Of a stretch of 64,000 nucleotides of DNA, positions 9,292-20,838 are shown piece after piece. Origin of the DNA: a virus. Numbering within the stretch: position 1 is the first letter of the stretch; each line of letters starts with the position of its first letter. The notes under the pieces were generated by a model. It made no database searches. It worked only from the letters and a program-made list of their open reading frames with translations, and had not been told where the DNA came from. The DNA lies in the IMG/VR virus record IMGVR_UViG_3300005805_000046, positions 64,001 through 128,000 of that record, one strand, 5' to 3'. A program made the translations under genes and the position numbers.

Positions 9292-9601
9292 AGAAAAATT
9301 TTGAACTAAAGAACCCCAAAAACTTTCATCATAATAACAGAACTCATAATCAACCCAAAGATACTAGTAATTGTGCGAATTAGTTCAAATTTATGGTTAT
9401 GATGGTCTACCCACAATTCAAAATTATCTCTCAGTTTTCCTTCTTTCTTTAGTCTATTCAGTCTTTTTTGACTTAGTTTTTTCATACTCTGGATTCTCTT
9501 CCAATTCTTTAATTTCCTGTTGATATTTTTCTATCTTAGATATTATCTCAGAACACTGTCTGCAACAATCCGAAAAAAGATATTCTTTTAGATGATATAT
9601 C

Positions 9602-10006
9602 TCATTCTTTAGGTTCGATATTGTTTCTTTCAGATTTTGTTTCATTGTTTAGGTCTTTGTCTTTAAGCGTTGGTTGACTTGAACAAGCCCAAAAAATCAT
9701 TTCGTTTGTTTGTTCATCCCAAGCACACTCTATGAGTCCCTTAGAAGCCAACTTTGACAAGCCTACATTATGTATCCAATCTACAATAGTGTCGAACAGA
9801 AACCCATTGGTATCTTCGTCCAGAATTGGTCTGTTTTCGGCATCATAACCAAGACAATGTTCATCCAATAAATTATTGATTTGTCCAATACTTATATAAT
9901 CATCTAGGTTGTCGTTATTCTCTTGAGATATAAAATCCCCGGCCGCTTTCCTCATTTGAGTAGCATAGCCTTCAATATCGTGTATAGCGTAAAAATGGTT
10001 GTTCAT
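9602..10006 (-). CDS. hypothetical protein
   Basis: ORF in operon. Confidence 0.6.
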   Translation of the reverse strand: MNNHFYAIHDIEGYATQMRKAAGDFISQENNDNLDDYISIGQINNLLDEHCLGYDAENRPILDEDTNGFLFDTIVDWIHNVGLSKLASKGLIECAWDEQTNEMIFWACSSQPTLKDKDLNNETKSERNNIEPKE

Positions 10007-10013
10007 ATATGTA

Positions 10014-10349
10014 CTACTTGATAAATTTATTTACACCTTTTGTGTCCCGATTCTCATTCAGTCTGTCAAATAGTCTGTTTAAGCATTGTTGCATTGTGTG
10101 TTGTCCGCGAGGAAGCCACCTAGTATCATCATACAAAGAGGTTGTGATTTGTGGAATCCAATGTTGGTAAGCCACTTCAAACTCTTCTGGAAAATAATGC
10201 TTTAGTATTCTTTCTATATGGAATACAGAATTACTGATCTCGTCTCTATGATCTAGCAGTTTATTTAACTGATGTTTCTGTTCTGGGGTAAAACTCACGA
10301 TACTGGTTCCTTTGGCTTTAATTTCATCATTTTGTGCTTGGTTTTCCAA
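10014..10349 (-). CDS. hypothetical protein
   Basis: ORF in operon. Confidence 0.5.
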   Translation of the reverse strand: MENQAQNDEIKAKGTSIVSFTPEQKHQLNKLLDHRDEISNSVFHIERILKHYFPEEFEVAYQHWIPQITTSLYDDTRWLPRGQHTMQQCLNRLFDRLNENRDTKGVNKFIK

Positions 10350-10708
10350 ACGCCTGTTTCTTTATTTTGAATATCTCCATTCATCCAAATATGACAAAAT
10401 CCTGCTTGCTTATCAATACCCCATGCGAGAATACCGTTTTCGTCTACTTTTTCCACAACAAAACGCCCGCGATAACCCATTGGAATGAATTCGCCCCTAC
10501 TTACATAAAACGGGCCACCGGCAACCTTAACCCTATCACCCTTAACCAATTCTCTCCAATTAAAGTCTCGGATAATCTTTGTGTTTTTAGACTCCTTGCT
10601 CTTTGCCTTAAAAACAAATGGATGATTACAATTCTTGCACATATATGCACGGGGGCCGGTTACAGTGCCGCATTTTTCGCAAGCCTTCTTACCTTTTCCA
10701 AGACCCAT
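10295..10708 (-). CDS. zinc-ribbon plus SH3-like protein
   Basis: CEKC...CKNC; AGGAG RBS. Confidence 0.65.
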   Translation of the reverse strand: MGLGKGKKACEKCGTVTGPRAYMCKNCNHPFVFKAKSKESKNTKIIRDFNWRELVKGDRVKVAGGPFYVSRGEFIPMGYRGRFVVEKVDENGILAWGIDKQAGFCHIWMNGDIQNKETGVWKTKHKMMKLKPKEPVS

Positions 10709-10747
10709 TGTAAAATCTCCTGAGTGTGAAATTGTCGTTACATGGTA

Positions 10748-10788
10748 AGTATAACACAGTTATCGGCATTGTCAAGCCGCGGTCTTTA
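10748..10788 (-). promoter_or_regulatory. overlapping sigma70-like and sigma28-like promoter
   Basis: TTGACA-16-TATACT plus TAAA-17-GCCGATAA. Confidence 0.8.
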
Positions 10789-11220
10789 GGAATTTCTGTG
10801 AGCCTCACAACGAGTTGAAATCCAGCCGTCTTTATTGGGTTCTCCTTTGTTGCCACAAACGTCACAAATCTTATAACTAATTGCTTCTGCCATGCTAACT
10901 AAACCCTCTATATATTCATCGCCACCACTAAAATAGACTCTAAGACCACCATATTTTTCTTTGATTTGGTCAAATTTTACGGGAAAATAGTCTATATCTT
11001 CCTTGTCATTTTGTGTTCCGACTTTATTTCTAATCCGTATTCTTTCTGATATATTTTCTTCATGCTGTTTAATCATCCAACAAAGAGAAGATAGAATGTC
11101 ATACCAACCTTCCCCGCACTCTATGCCAAAACACATAGGGCTTTCCATAGGAGTCTTGTCTTTATTGAAAAAAAGTTGCGGATATTTTTCGTATAACTGA
11201 TTTTGTAATTCGCTGTTCAT
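10786..11220 (-). CDS. conserved phage protein (QIKEKYGGLR family)
   Basis: ECGEGW, QIKEKYGGLRVY, CDVCG...GWI.T.C..H. Confidence 0.75.
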   Translation of the reverse strand: MNSELQNQLYEKYPQLFFNKDKTPMESPMCFGIECGEGWYDILSSLCWMIKQHEENISERIRIRNKVGTQNDKEDIDYFPVKFDQIKEKYGGLRVYFSGGDEYIEGLVSMAEAISYKICDVCGNKGEPNKDGWISTRCEAHRNS

Positions 11221-11673
11221 AGTCTTTTTTGTTCTTCTGATTTATAATCCGGTTCTGGTACAATAGTGAGTTTACCTGGACTATAGTGACAAAAGTAACT
11301 TTGCTTAATCTTTCGTTTAATTAAATTGTTTTCTTCGATTTCAACATAGACATTAATGCGATAACGATTTTCAAATACATTAATAATTCTAGTCATCAAA
11401 TAGTGTTTAGGTTTATTTACCTGCTTAAATAGAAGGTGTTCAATCTCCAAATCCATTAAGAGTTCTCCTCAAAAATCTTTTCAATATTAGTAATCAATAC
11501 CAGACGATCATCGCCCCTACTGTCGCTGACGTAATAAGTGTCACAGACAAATTCATCGCCCGTGTCGGCATCGTGTACTAACACTGGTCTGCTCCAATCA
11601 AAAGTTCCTACTGCATTAATATTGTTTGCTCTTTCGTTCAGAAAATTATATAAATCAAGCCAAGTCATTTGAT

Positions 11674-11892
11674 TCATCTTCCTCTCCTATTTGCTCTATC
11701 AAGAATACGGATGGTTTCTTTAGCATTACTTGGAACCATCACTAAACTTGGTGCTGTTTTGTGTCCCCAGTCCATAAAGCCAACAGCCTTATTTTCTACA
11801 CTACATTCCTTACAGATAATTTTGCGACCCGTTTCCGATAGGAACTCATACCGATCAATACCGACGCAACTTTTGCAATAAATACAGTTCAT
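11674..11892 (-). CDS. DksA-like zinc-finger protein
   Basis: CIYC...RYEFL...CKEC. Confidence 0.55.
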   Translation of the reverse strand: MNCIYCKSCVGIDRYEFLSETGRKIICKECSVENKAVGFMDWGHKTAPSLVMVPSNAKETIRILDRANRRGR

Positions 11893-11912
11893 AGCAACCT
11901 CCGTTAATCGGA

Positions 11913-12371
11913 TTATACCATCATCATCGGCACTGTCAACGCTCCCGCTTCAATCGAATATCCAAAACTGTCGATAAATTGTCCGCTATCTGTGCTATAA
12001 AAAACATTATTTAGTCCTACAGCACTTAACAGTTTGTCACAATTTTCGCAAGGCTTACTTCCTAAAATAAGTCCTTTTCTATTAATACGCATAACAACAA
12101 TAGACCAACTAGGATCAATGGAGTTATACATATCAAGTAATTTAGAAATAAGATGAGATTCAGCATGGACAAATGGGTATTCCTTATACTTTGGTAAATT
12201 AAACTGCTCACCTATTCTGTAGGCTCTGGTATTGGTTTTGATCGGGTTGTTTTTGCTGAAACATATCATTTTCTGTCCATCAAAAGCAGCAGCATAATGA
12301 TAGCACCTAATTAGAGGACTAGGGTTCCAGTTCGCATATGCTTTACGAATAGTCTTATTAATAATTTTCAT
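11913..12371 (-). CDS. cytidine/deoxycytidylate deaminase-fold protein
   Basis: HAE and SKPCENC zinc motifs. Confidence 0.8.
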   Translation of the reverse strand: MKIINKTIRKAYANWNPSPLIRCYHYAAAFDGQKMICFSKNNPIKTNTRAYRIGEQFNLPKYKEYPFVHAESHLISKLLDMYNSIDPSWSIVVMRINRKGLILGSKPCENCDKLLSAVGLNNVFYSTDSGQFIDSFGYSIEAGALTVPMMMV

Positions 12372-12515
12372 TTTATTTCGTAGCCAACATATACAAGCCG
12401 CAATTAGCAAAAGAATACCCAGCATAGGCTATGCCAAGCCCAATATTCCCCTTATAAAATTGCTCTATACTAACATAAGCGTAAACACAGCCAGTTAATG
12501 CTATAAGCCATCCAC

Positions 12516-13430
12516 TCATGCTAATACTCCTTTACAAATTTCTTCGTGCTTCTCTATGGCGTAGTCTTTGGCTTTTAGTTCCATATCTACATCAAAATCT
12601 AATCCATATGTCTCAAACTTATTATAGGCATAGTCTGCATGGGCTCTAGGATTATTGCCCTCTTTTGATTCACTATAATGAAATAGCGGCTTGCGTCCAT
12701 GCCAAGTATCGTGACAGGCAGAAATAGCAGTATTTTCATTAAGCATATCAGAGTGGCATTTGTGATGTAGATAGTCGAACGTGATAGGGATATTGGTTTT
12801 TGGATGAAAATGAGTGATTAGTTCACGAACACTCCAGCAATTCAACTTGTCATCATTTTCAATAACAAGTCTTGCCTTGCAGTTATCGTCTAATTTGTTA
12901 AAGTTTCGTTTAAATCTTTCAATAATTTCATCATACGTTCCATTTTTATTGTGAACATGAATATTCATGGGGCTATTATAATTGGCTGGAAGGCCAATTC
13001 TATCGAAGAAACTACTATAAAAGTTTAGTTCTGTGATAGTTTTTTCTACTGCTTTTTCGTTCGTAGAAGCAAGAACATTAAACTCTGATGGATGACAGGA
13101 TACGCGAACGCCAGTATTTTTAATGGTTTGTTCAATGTTATCCATTTCGTCTTGAACATCTTCATAATTTGGTAAATCTTCTAATGAGATATTGGCCTCA
13201 TCAAAAGTGATAAGAGGAAATAGATCGCTACTAACTCTGTAAGCGTAGCCATTATCTCCGCAAAATTTGATTGTTTCATTGGTTACAACCATGTTATTAT
13301 GGATACGATCACCAAGGACACTCAACGCTTCCTCTCTTGGTAGAGAGGAAAAACGCTTATAGGTCATAGTTTGAAATCCATGACCCTGTTCCTTAAGTTT
13401 TAAAGATATACAGCACAGACCGTAAGCCAT
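12516..13430 (-). CDS. uvsE: UV damage endonuclease
   Basis: YRVSSDLFP, SCHPSEF, IENDD, FDYLHH, HYSE, HADY, ELKAKD. Confidence 0.93.
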   Translation of the reverse strand: MAYGLCCISLKLKEQGHGFQTMTYKRFSSLPREEALSVLGDRIHNNMVVTNETIKFCGDNGYAYRVSSDLFPLITFDEANISLEDLPNYEDVQDEMDNIEQTIKNTGVRVSCHPSEFNVLASTNEKAVEKTITELNFYSSFFDRIGLPANYNSPMNIHVHNKNGTYDEIIERFKRNFNKLDDNCKARLVIENDDKLNCWSVRELITHFHPKTNIPITFDYLHHKCHSDMLNENTAISACHDTWHGRKPLFHYSESKEGNNPRAHADYAYNKFETYGLDFDVDMELKAKDYAIEKHEEICKGVLA

Positions 13431-13451
13431 AGATTCTCCTAAGATAGCATC

Positions 13452-13491
13452 AGTATACTAGACTATCGGCATGTGTCAAGACGATTCTTGA
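13452..13491 (-). promoter_or_regulatory. overlapping sigma70-like and sigma28-like promoter
   Basis: TTGACA-16-TATACT plus TCAA-17-GCCGATAG. Confidence 0.75.
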
Positions 13492-14099
13492 GTTTTTTCG
13501 TATTCTTGCAGGAGTGCCGCTCTCATTGATTCGGAAATACTACCAGAGTCTAGATAATAGTCCAGACTGGTATTGAATGTATTGGGCATATGAGATAAAA
13601 CCCTATCGGAATATATTGGGTTTTTTGGTCTTTTTCGTAAAGAACGATTTATGTGATAATGAAGCAAATATGCGTTAACAGCACGAATATACTTATCAAC
13701 ACTTACATCCTCTATAGGATTATTCTGTAGCAATCTTAGCGCTTTATTCTCGCAATCATGTTCTAGTTCTAGAATATCATGAAGACTTTGGTTCAATTCT
13801 TCATCAGTATAATTAGATTCAGGCTTGTCTATCCACTCAAATAAAGTGTCGTATGTTAGTAGTGATCTATCCCACAAATCACGATTATTTTTCCATTGTA
13901 GGTAGTGACAATACTCATGTAAGAATACTTCAAAACCCATATCGTGATCTAAAGCAACAACCAATTCTTTCTCTCCTTCTTCTGCACCAAACCATCCTCC
14001 GTAGCCATCCAATTCCTTTTTTCTATGTATCAATACAGAAAATCCATTGGCTAGAAGTTCTCTTGTGCATTTCGTGATAAAGTTTAATTTGGTATCCAT
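13476..14099 (-). CDS. zincin-type metallopeptidase (HExxH)
   Basis: FLHEYCH and downstream ELEHDCE. Confidence 0.6.
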   Translation of the reverse strand: MDTKLNFITKCTRELLANGFSVLIHRKKELDGYGGWFGAEEGEKELVVALDHDMGFEVFLHEYCHYLQWKNNRDLWDRSLLTYDTLFEWIDKPESNYTDEELNQSLHDILELEHDCENKALRLLQNNPIEDVSVDKYIRAVNAYLLHYHINRSLRKRPKNPIYSDRVLSHMPNTFNTSLDYYLDSGSISESMRAALLQEYEKTQESS

Positions 14100-14407
14100 G
14101 CTATTTATCTGTAGGTTTTTCTTTGTTCGTAATAGTAATACTAATTTTATTGTCTTTATAAATAGAATATAATAGGCAGGTCGTTAAGCAAATCAAAGGG
14201 ATAAATACCAGTAGTCCTAAAAACAAAAATACAATAAACAACAATAAACAAATATCTGCCAAGCCCATAGTTATCTCCTGTTATTTTTTTCTATAAAATC
14301 TGCTAATCTGAATATAATCAATGCTGTTGTAAACAGAACCATACCTACCGATACTATAATTAGTGGGGCCATGAACAGAATATCGGTATAGTTTTCAAAT
14401 CTAAGGA

Positions 14408-15043
14408 CTACCATGCCAAAGCCTCCGCTATTGTTGGAAATTGTTGTTTAAAAATTTCTTTAGCATCATTGGCTATCGTCATATGTTCTTTTTGGGTGCC
14501 ATGAGCAGCCCTAAGATTGATATAATGAATCCATGACCGAACACTACCGCTCATATAAAGCCTTGTTGGTGTTGCTAACGGTAGTATAAATCTAGCACAC
14601 TCTTTAGCAATTCCGTCTGCTATCATCCCGTCATAAATAGACTTTGCCTTGGCAAAATGCTCCCTTATCTTTGAGTTCCACTTAGACTTAATCTCATCAC
14701 TAATGTCGTTAATACTATTTTGACGATTTTTAGTGTCTTGCCTTCTTAATTCAAACAGAGGAATATCTTCTGCTAAAAGAGTTGCATCTGCATATCTTTG
14801 ACTAAATTCTTGGAAGGTAAAACTTCTGTGTCTTAAGATTTGAGCAGCGATGCCTCTGGTGGTTTCTATTTGAAGAGTCATAAAAGCCTGTTCAAATATA
14901 GACCAGTGCTGATGATCTATACAATACTTCAATAGTTTGCTGTAGTTTTGATTGTCTTGATTAGAAGGGTTGCTAACCCTAGCACAATAAGATATGAGTT
15001 TTTCTGCGTCTGGGGTGGCACCGATAAATTTTACTGAGTTCAT
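14408..15043 (-). CDS. thyX: FAD-dependent thymidylate synthase
   Basis: HWSIFE, QILRHRSFTFQEFSQRY, KECARFILP. Confidence 0.96.
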   Translation of the reverse strand: MNSVKFIGATPDAEKLISYCARVSNPSNQDNQNYSKLLKYCIDHQHWSIFEQAFMTLQIETTRGIAAQILRHRSFTFQEFSQRYADATLLAEDIPLFELRRQDTKNRQNSINDISDEIKSKWNSKIREHFAKAKSIYDGMIADGIAKECARFILPLATPTRLYMSGSVRSWIHYINLRAAHGTQKEHMTIANDAKEIFKQQFPTIAEALAW

Positions 15044-15206
15044 TTAGATTCCCTATTTTTGAAAATATCTTGTTATTTTTTCCCATGCTGGCTTAAAAAA
15101 ATAGACAGCAACAAACCCAATAATCCCGTTGATAGCAGAAGATAGTATGCTGGTGATGGTTAATGCTGGCAGGCATTGTATTTTATTGTCTTTGCTAGAC
15201 TGTTTA

Positions 15207-15461
15207 TCAGTAGTCCGACACATTAAACTTTCCTATTGTTTTAGATTCTTGAAAGACTGTCTGATGCTCTGCCCATTTATTATTAGTAATACTATTATAG
15301 ATATCTTTCGCAAGTTTACTAACGCTTAATGAAACGCCGCTTACTTGAGGATCATCTACTTTAGACCAATAATACGAATGTCCATTAACACTATCGTCTT
15401 TTTCCTTAACCGTTTCGTACCCCTGATCCTTTGCCCACTTTTTTATTTCTGACCAGAGCAT
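15207..15461 (-). CDS. hypothetical protein
   Basis: AGGGAG RBS, MLWSEIKK start. Confidence 0.6.
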   Translation of the reverse strand: MLWSEIKKWAKDQGYETVKEKDDSVNGHSYYWSKVDDPQVSGVSLSVSKLAKDIYNSITNNKWAEHQTVFQESKTIGKFNVSDY

Positions 15462-16111
15462 CCAATTTCTCCCTAGAGTGACGTTCATTATACAACTTGT
15501 TCAGCATCCTGTCAATATCGGATATTTGCTCTTTGTCGAGGCCATAGCCTTTTCTCAATGAGTATTGACAAATCCTAATAAGTAAATCATAATCATTTTT
15601 TGTCATATCTTTTCCAAGCCTCTTTATGTTTAATTGCTATAATCTCTGATCTTTGTTCTTTAATAACATGATACTGATAAGAGATTAACTCTTTAAGACC
15701 ATCAATATATGCTTGTATGGTGGGGTCTTGTATGTCAATATTCTCTTCTAGTATTCTGTATTTTAGAGGATTGGGAGTTTCTTTCATTGGTTATGTTCTA
15801 TCTTTGGTATTAGGTTTGTATCGTCCGATACTTCTTTTAGTTCTATAGTAAGTAATGATAGGTTTTTATTGCCTGAGTTTTTAGATACCAGCATTTGAAT
15901 TAGTTGACATATTTTTTCGCAAGAAATCTGTTGTTGGGTGAGAGATATTGCTATTTTAGTGTCCATAAATTATTATTCTTGTATCTTTGTTCCCATATCA
16001 TAGGCATATCCATCTTCGGGATCGTCGCTATAAACTCCTTCATATTCATTATCCCACCAAGGAATTTTGCTATCTGGTAATATCTCACTCATTATTTTCT
16101 CATCCCGCTCT

Positions 16112-16537
16112 TCATAAATTTTCCGCGTTTTTTTCTATAATATCTGCAATAGTTGAAAATTTTTTGCCAGCGTCGTTCAAGTCTGCTAAACACTTAGTAT
16201 CCTTAAATGTGCCATAAGCATCTTTTTCAATATAAGAAAAAGTACCCATGTCGTTTTTAATACCGGCCCATTTTCTTACTACGGTTGGTAGCGAACCATC
16301 TTTGTTACCAAATTTAACATAACGATGATCTAATGCTGGTTCATCATTACATTCTTTTACTGAGATGGTTTTTTTGTGATTCTTTTTCATAGTATCATTA
16401 TAGAGTTCACAAAGAACTCCTAAACAACAATGTCTTGGCTGTCCACTACTGTTGAATTGTTTTAGAAAATTCTGTCCTTGCTTATATTTCCCGCTACGCA
16501 AAGCATTAATCCACTTTTTAGCAATGTCTTTTCTCAT
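16112..16537 (-). CDS. conserved phage protein (W..ALRSG.Y.QG / CCLGVLC family)
   Basis: Motifs widespread in phage hypotheticals. Confidence 0.7.
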   Translation of the reverse strand: MRKDIAKKWINALRSGKYKQGQNFLKQFNSSGQPRHCCLGVLCELYNDTMKKNHKKTISVKECNDEPALDHRYVKFGNKDGSLPTVVRKWAGIKNDMGTFSYIEKDAYGTFKDTKCLADLNDAGKKFSTIADIIEKNAENL

Positions 16538-16538
16538 A

Positions 16539-16949
16539 TTATTCCTTTTCTACCATCGTTCCGTTCTTTACTACATAAATCTTAGTATTACCGCTTGATC
16601 TAATATATTCCCGCCCGCCATCAATCATATTTCCATTGTTGAAACTTTTATAATCATGATGATACTGAGAATATTGAAGATCACCACCATCATCCTCCAC
16701 CATACCAAAAGTGAAATCTTCTACTTTGTCGGCATTAAATATTACATAATCGCCACTGTCGTAGTTATATCCAAAACCAAAATATTTGTTTCCAAATTCT
16801 GGATGAGGAGTCTCTCTGTAAAAAATATCCACAGGAGCATCGCTTCGTCTAAAGTCTGTGGTACAAACATAGGCTATTGGAACACCATCTTTTGCAGAAT
16901 AATACTCTATAACTTTGTCTGTTTTTGTTAAGGGGAAGTGTTTAATCAT
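16539..16949 (-). CDS. conserved phage protein (IDGGREY family)
   Basis: HPEFGNKYF, HDY, IDGGREY. Confidence 0.65.
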   Translation of the reverse strand: MIKHFPLTKTDKVIEYYSAKDGVPIAYVCTTDFRRSDAPVDIFYRETPHPEFGNKYFGFGYNYDSGDYVIFNADKVEDFTFGMVEDDGGDLQYSQYHHDYKSFNNGNMIDGGREYIRSSGNTKIYVVKNGTMVEKE

Positions 16950-18423
16950 TGGTATATTCTTCTAGTTTTTGGACTGCCTCGTTTCTCCTATGATGCCACA
17001 ATCGGGCGAGTCCGGTTAAATTATCAGCATAACCCATATCGTTCTGGTTGTCAAATACAAAATCGACCAGACTCTCAGATAACTTTAAAACATCTTTTGG
17101 GGTTAGTCTATGCTCGCTATAGTCAGTGTAGGAATATACCCTAAGATAGAATGGTCTGTCATTAAGAAGAGGATTATGATGTAGTTCTATCAACAGATCA
17201 TTATTTATCTCTATGGTCTGTTTTTTATATTCTGACATTTGTGAGTTCTTCCTAATGCTTTGCTACTAAAGTCTAGTTGTTTATTGTCCTCGTCCTCTAT
17301 TAAGGCATTAAAATCAGACAATAGTTCTATCTCTATTTCCTCTGCTGTAATCGTGTAGTCTCTAAATATTTTTTTGTCCTTAGAATCATAAACCCTAAAG
17401 AAATGTTTATTGTTTATTGGGCTATATAACAGAAAACCTCTGATACCTTTTGCTGAAATTTCTATCATAGTATAGTATAATCTTGTCCTTCTAGGGGATC
17501 TTTTTCATAAGGATATTTAAATGGCCCCAAAACCTGCCTTCTCTTGTCTTTAATAAAGTTTAGAACCTCCAAAAAACAATTTTCACAAAGATCAATATTA
17601 TACTTCGTACCATCATCCTTTGATCCGTATCCCCAACAACTTTCTAATGTAGCATAATCTGGCCCTATATTGGTATTATTTGTGGTGCTTTTCCCGCAAA
17701 CATCACAATTAACATCATCAACAACTCTTCTTAATTGCTCTTTAAAAGTTTTCATCGAATATTTCCATATCGTCAAAATTATAGGGTTCTACAGTCCAGC
17801 CTAGTTTTAATAGGTCTAGTCTTACCTCGTCTGTAACAAAACCCTCACCAACAAAGCCATCGGTATTATGTCCTATACCACTACAATACCAATCAATATA
17901 ATCTCCCTTTTCATTTAGATCAGCAACAATGCCGCCAGCATATCTCCAAGAACAAGTCCATTCTTTTTTGTTTTGTAAAAATCTATTGTTACATAAAGCA
18001 GCGTATAAGTTCTGGCTATAAACAACACTATATTTACACTTATTGGCAATCCATTCAGAACCCCTTAAATCCCAACCTAGATCAGCGTCTTTGGGGCTTT
18101 CTTTCTGAGACAACATACGTTGTATTGAATCAAAATAATCTTGAGTAATATCACCTTTATCCAGGGACTTTTTATAATGGTTCATCATAAAACTGCCCCT
18201 ATCGGGACTTGTGAAGTATTTCATGCCAGTTTTTCTCTAGGTGGTTCATAATATCTGGTATTTTACGATCATTGTAAAAACAGTCAAGATGCGAACCCGT
18301 TAATTCTCTATATTTATCCGGCCACGCTTTACGCAAGCAATTCATAACATTCTGGCCCTGCCTTATACCTAACTGATAATGAATATCAACATAGTGTTTA
18401 AATTGTTGAAATGTCATGTCCAA
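16942..18423 (-). other. run of five overlapping hypothetical CDS (16942..17238, 17211..17468, 17465..17755, 17742..18224, 18199..18423)
   Basis: Translationally coupled small ORFs; 17465..17755 has CxxC pairs. Confidence 0.6.
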
Positions 18424-19145
18424 AGACTTCCTCTGATCTTAATAAGTTCAATAAGCATCTTTGTATCTTCTTTTTCGTAATTGTCTTGCGTTTTACTAAT
18501 TTGCTTATAATAACTCTTGCCGTGCTTTTCCTCAGAGAAAATTTCGTAAGGGTCTGGTCTGTTGTCTCTGTTTTTCCACCAGTTATATAACTCTACTGTT
18601 TTACGAGCGGCGACTGCCTGTTCAGTTGGCTCACCAAACCCCTTGTCTCCCTTTCTAAAGCCATAATCTTTGTTATAGGTCAAACCACTAGCCCATTTTA
18701 AATAATCAAGCCCAGCCTCAACGCAGCGACCGCGAACAAACTCATACTTCTTTTCCTTATAGCACTTGAATAAATGGGCGTATTCTATTTCAACAAGATC
18801 AACAAGTTCATTAAAAAGACCATGAATAATTCTATAATCTAAGTCATAGTAATTACCCGGCTCTAATCCCGTATTCAGACAATGAGTTTTGTCTATAAAT
18901 CTATTGCGAACGTAAGCCTCTATGGTATAGTAAATATCACAGGGTAAATAAATTATATCCTGCAAACGATCAAGCAGTTTTTCTGCCACCCAATATCTAT
19001 AAGGATGTTTAGTTTGAGCATCTTTACGCCACTCATCCCAACCATCCCATGCTAGTGCGTATGGTTTATCTGTTCCTCTAATCCAGTCTGCTAAACTAGA
19101 GCAACTCCAATAGTTTATTCTGCTTCTTTTGCTTAGTTTAAACAT
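18414..19145 (-). CDS. conserved phage hypothetical protein
   Basis: ELYNWWK..R...LIKIRGSLWT pattern. Confidence 0.7.
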   Translation of the reverse strand: MFKLSKRSRINYWSCSSLADWIRGTDKPYALAWDGWDEWRKDAQTKHPYRYWVAEKLLDRLQDIIYLPCDIYYTIEAYVRNRFIDKTHCLNTGLEPGNYYDLDYRIIHGLFNELVDLVEIEYAHLFKCYKEKKYEFVRGRCVEAGLDYLKWASGLTYNKDYGFRKGDKGFGEPTEQAVAARKTVELYNWWKNRDNRPDPYEIFSEEKHGKSYYKQISKTQDNYEKEDTKMLIELIKIRGSLWT

Positions 19146-19146
19146 A

Positions 19147-20077
19147 TTAATCTAATTCAACCCCATGTTCATTCACCAGCCTATAGAATTCTTCACGAAT
19201 TTTATCAAGAGCATCATCAGCATCTTTAAAGTCATTACCATATTTCTGCCAAGAACGAAGTTGTTGAGCAAAATACCATAGCATACTCTTGGCTTTCGCC
19301 GCATTAATAGCAGTATCAAATTCGCTCTGTTCTTCTGGTAAGTTAAATCTCAACGTAACTATTGGCATGATTATTCTTTATGGTTATCAAGTTTAAGTGC
19401 TTGGGTAAAAGCCCCAAAGGTATCATCGGTATGAAGTTCAATCAAAACGGACAAACCCTCTAAAACATTAGCGAGTTTATCGTTATTCATCTTATTTTCC
19501 AGTACAGCATTTGTTACAGACCGCAGATGATCTGCAAAAAGTGCTGTTTGATTAATCTTGTTTTCAAGATCAAACCTATCCATTAGCAATCTCCTTTTCA
19601 TATTCCTCAATATCTGTCTTAAATTCATCCGCTTGGCCTAAAACAACAGCGGCATGATACAAAATATGATCTCTAGGATCGCTACCGTCCTGAATAAATT
19701 CCTGATAACTAATTTGCTCACTATCACAATCAAAAATATATCTAGCACACTCCATAGCAGCATCGGTATAGTTCAGTTCGGTCTGTGTACGCATATTTTG
19801 CTCCTTTTTAAGTAAGTTCCTTGATAATCTTATCAAACTTATTCTGAATCTTCTTGTTTTTAGAGGAATCGCAAAATCCAAGTCCCTTTTTGGTTTCTTC
19901 AACGCTTTCAACAATAGGAGGCTCATATTCGGTAGTTGTCCACTGACAATTCTTCTCAAAGAAAGTAAAGTCTAGTTCTCCAAGACCATCGTGAACGTCA
20001 TCCTTGTTTTCAGCCTCAATAACAAAAGAGGTACTCTTAGCCTCAACGTAATTCATAGTAACCAGATATTTAGGCAT
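19147..20077 (-). other. four small hypothetical CDS (19147..19368, 19371..19583, 19576..19794, 19808..20077)
   Basis: Packed ORFs with RBS. Confidence 0.6.
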
Positions 20078-20468
20078 GATTCGTCTCCAAAAGAGTGATG
20101 TTGCTAGTAAATACTATACCTCGTCTTTGAGAAATGTCAAGAGGCTTCTCAAACTTTTTAATATTGCTCACTACCCATCCGTATTTAGGTTTGGTTGAAT
20201 TCCATCCGTATAATTTATTGCTATCTTCTACCTTGTGCCTACTATAATCATCAACCCAATCTTGCTTAAACACATAAAGAAAACTGTGACTAAAAGTTAT
20301 AGTTCCAATAATACGAGCCTTAAACTTACCCCTCTTTCCTGGCGTTTCAATCAATGCTAATTCAACTCCCTCGTACTTTTTTGGTAAAGCATATGAGCGG
20401 GTTTCGACAGTTTTAGTGCCGTTTATTAAAAGGCTAGACCAAGGGGCTTGAATATTTAAACCAGTCAT
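20070..20468 (-). CDS. ASCH domain protein
   Basis: LNIQAPWSSLLINGTKTVETRS. Confidence 0.85.
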   Translation of the reverse strand: MTGLNIQAPWSSLLINGTKTVETRSYALPKKYEGVELALIETPGKRGKFKARIIGTITFSHSFLYVFKQDWVDDYSRHKVEDSNKLYGWNSTKPKYGWVVSNIKKFEKPLDISQRRGIVFTSNITLLETNHA

Positions 20469-20614
20469 TGTGTAACTTCGATATGCCACTTATTGCCATG
20501 AAGTTCAGCCACAACCCCCATATTCAACTTAACAAGTTCTGCTACGATTTCGGCCAACTTTTGAGTTTCATTCAGATAAAGGTAAATCATCTTGTTTCTC
20601 CGTTGTGAGCGTTT

Positions 20615-20655
20615 AGCATAACTCACTTATCGGCTTTTGTCAAGAGCCACCTTTA
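20615..20655 (-). promoter_or_regulatory. overlapping sigma70-like and sigma28-like promoter
   Basis: TTGACA-17-TATGCT plus TAAA-17-GCCGATAA. Confidence 0.75.
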
Positions 20656-20838
20656 GTTTTTACTTGACCCACTCATAAAAACCATGACTCATAGCCATTT
20701 CAATACTAGCATCCGGATTTTTTTGTAAATACTTTAGAGCAAACAAAACAACTTCTGGTTCTAATCCATAGGGTCTAGCGTCTTTGAGAAAAGAATAGAC
20801 AATATCTAGTTCGGTACTAATATCCATTATAATTCCAA

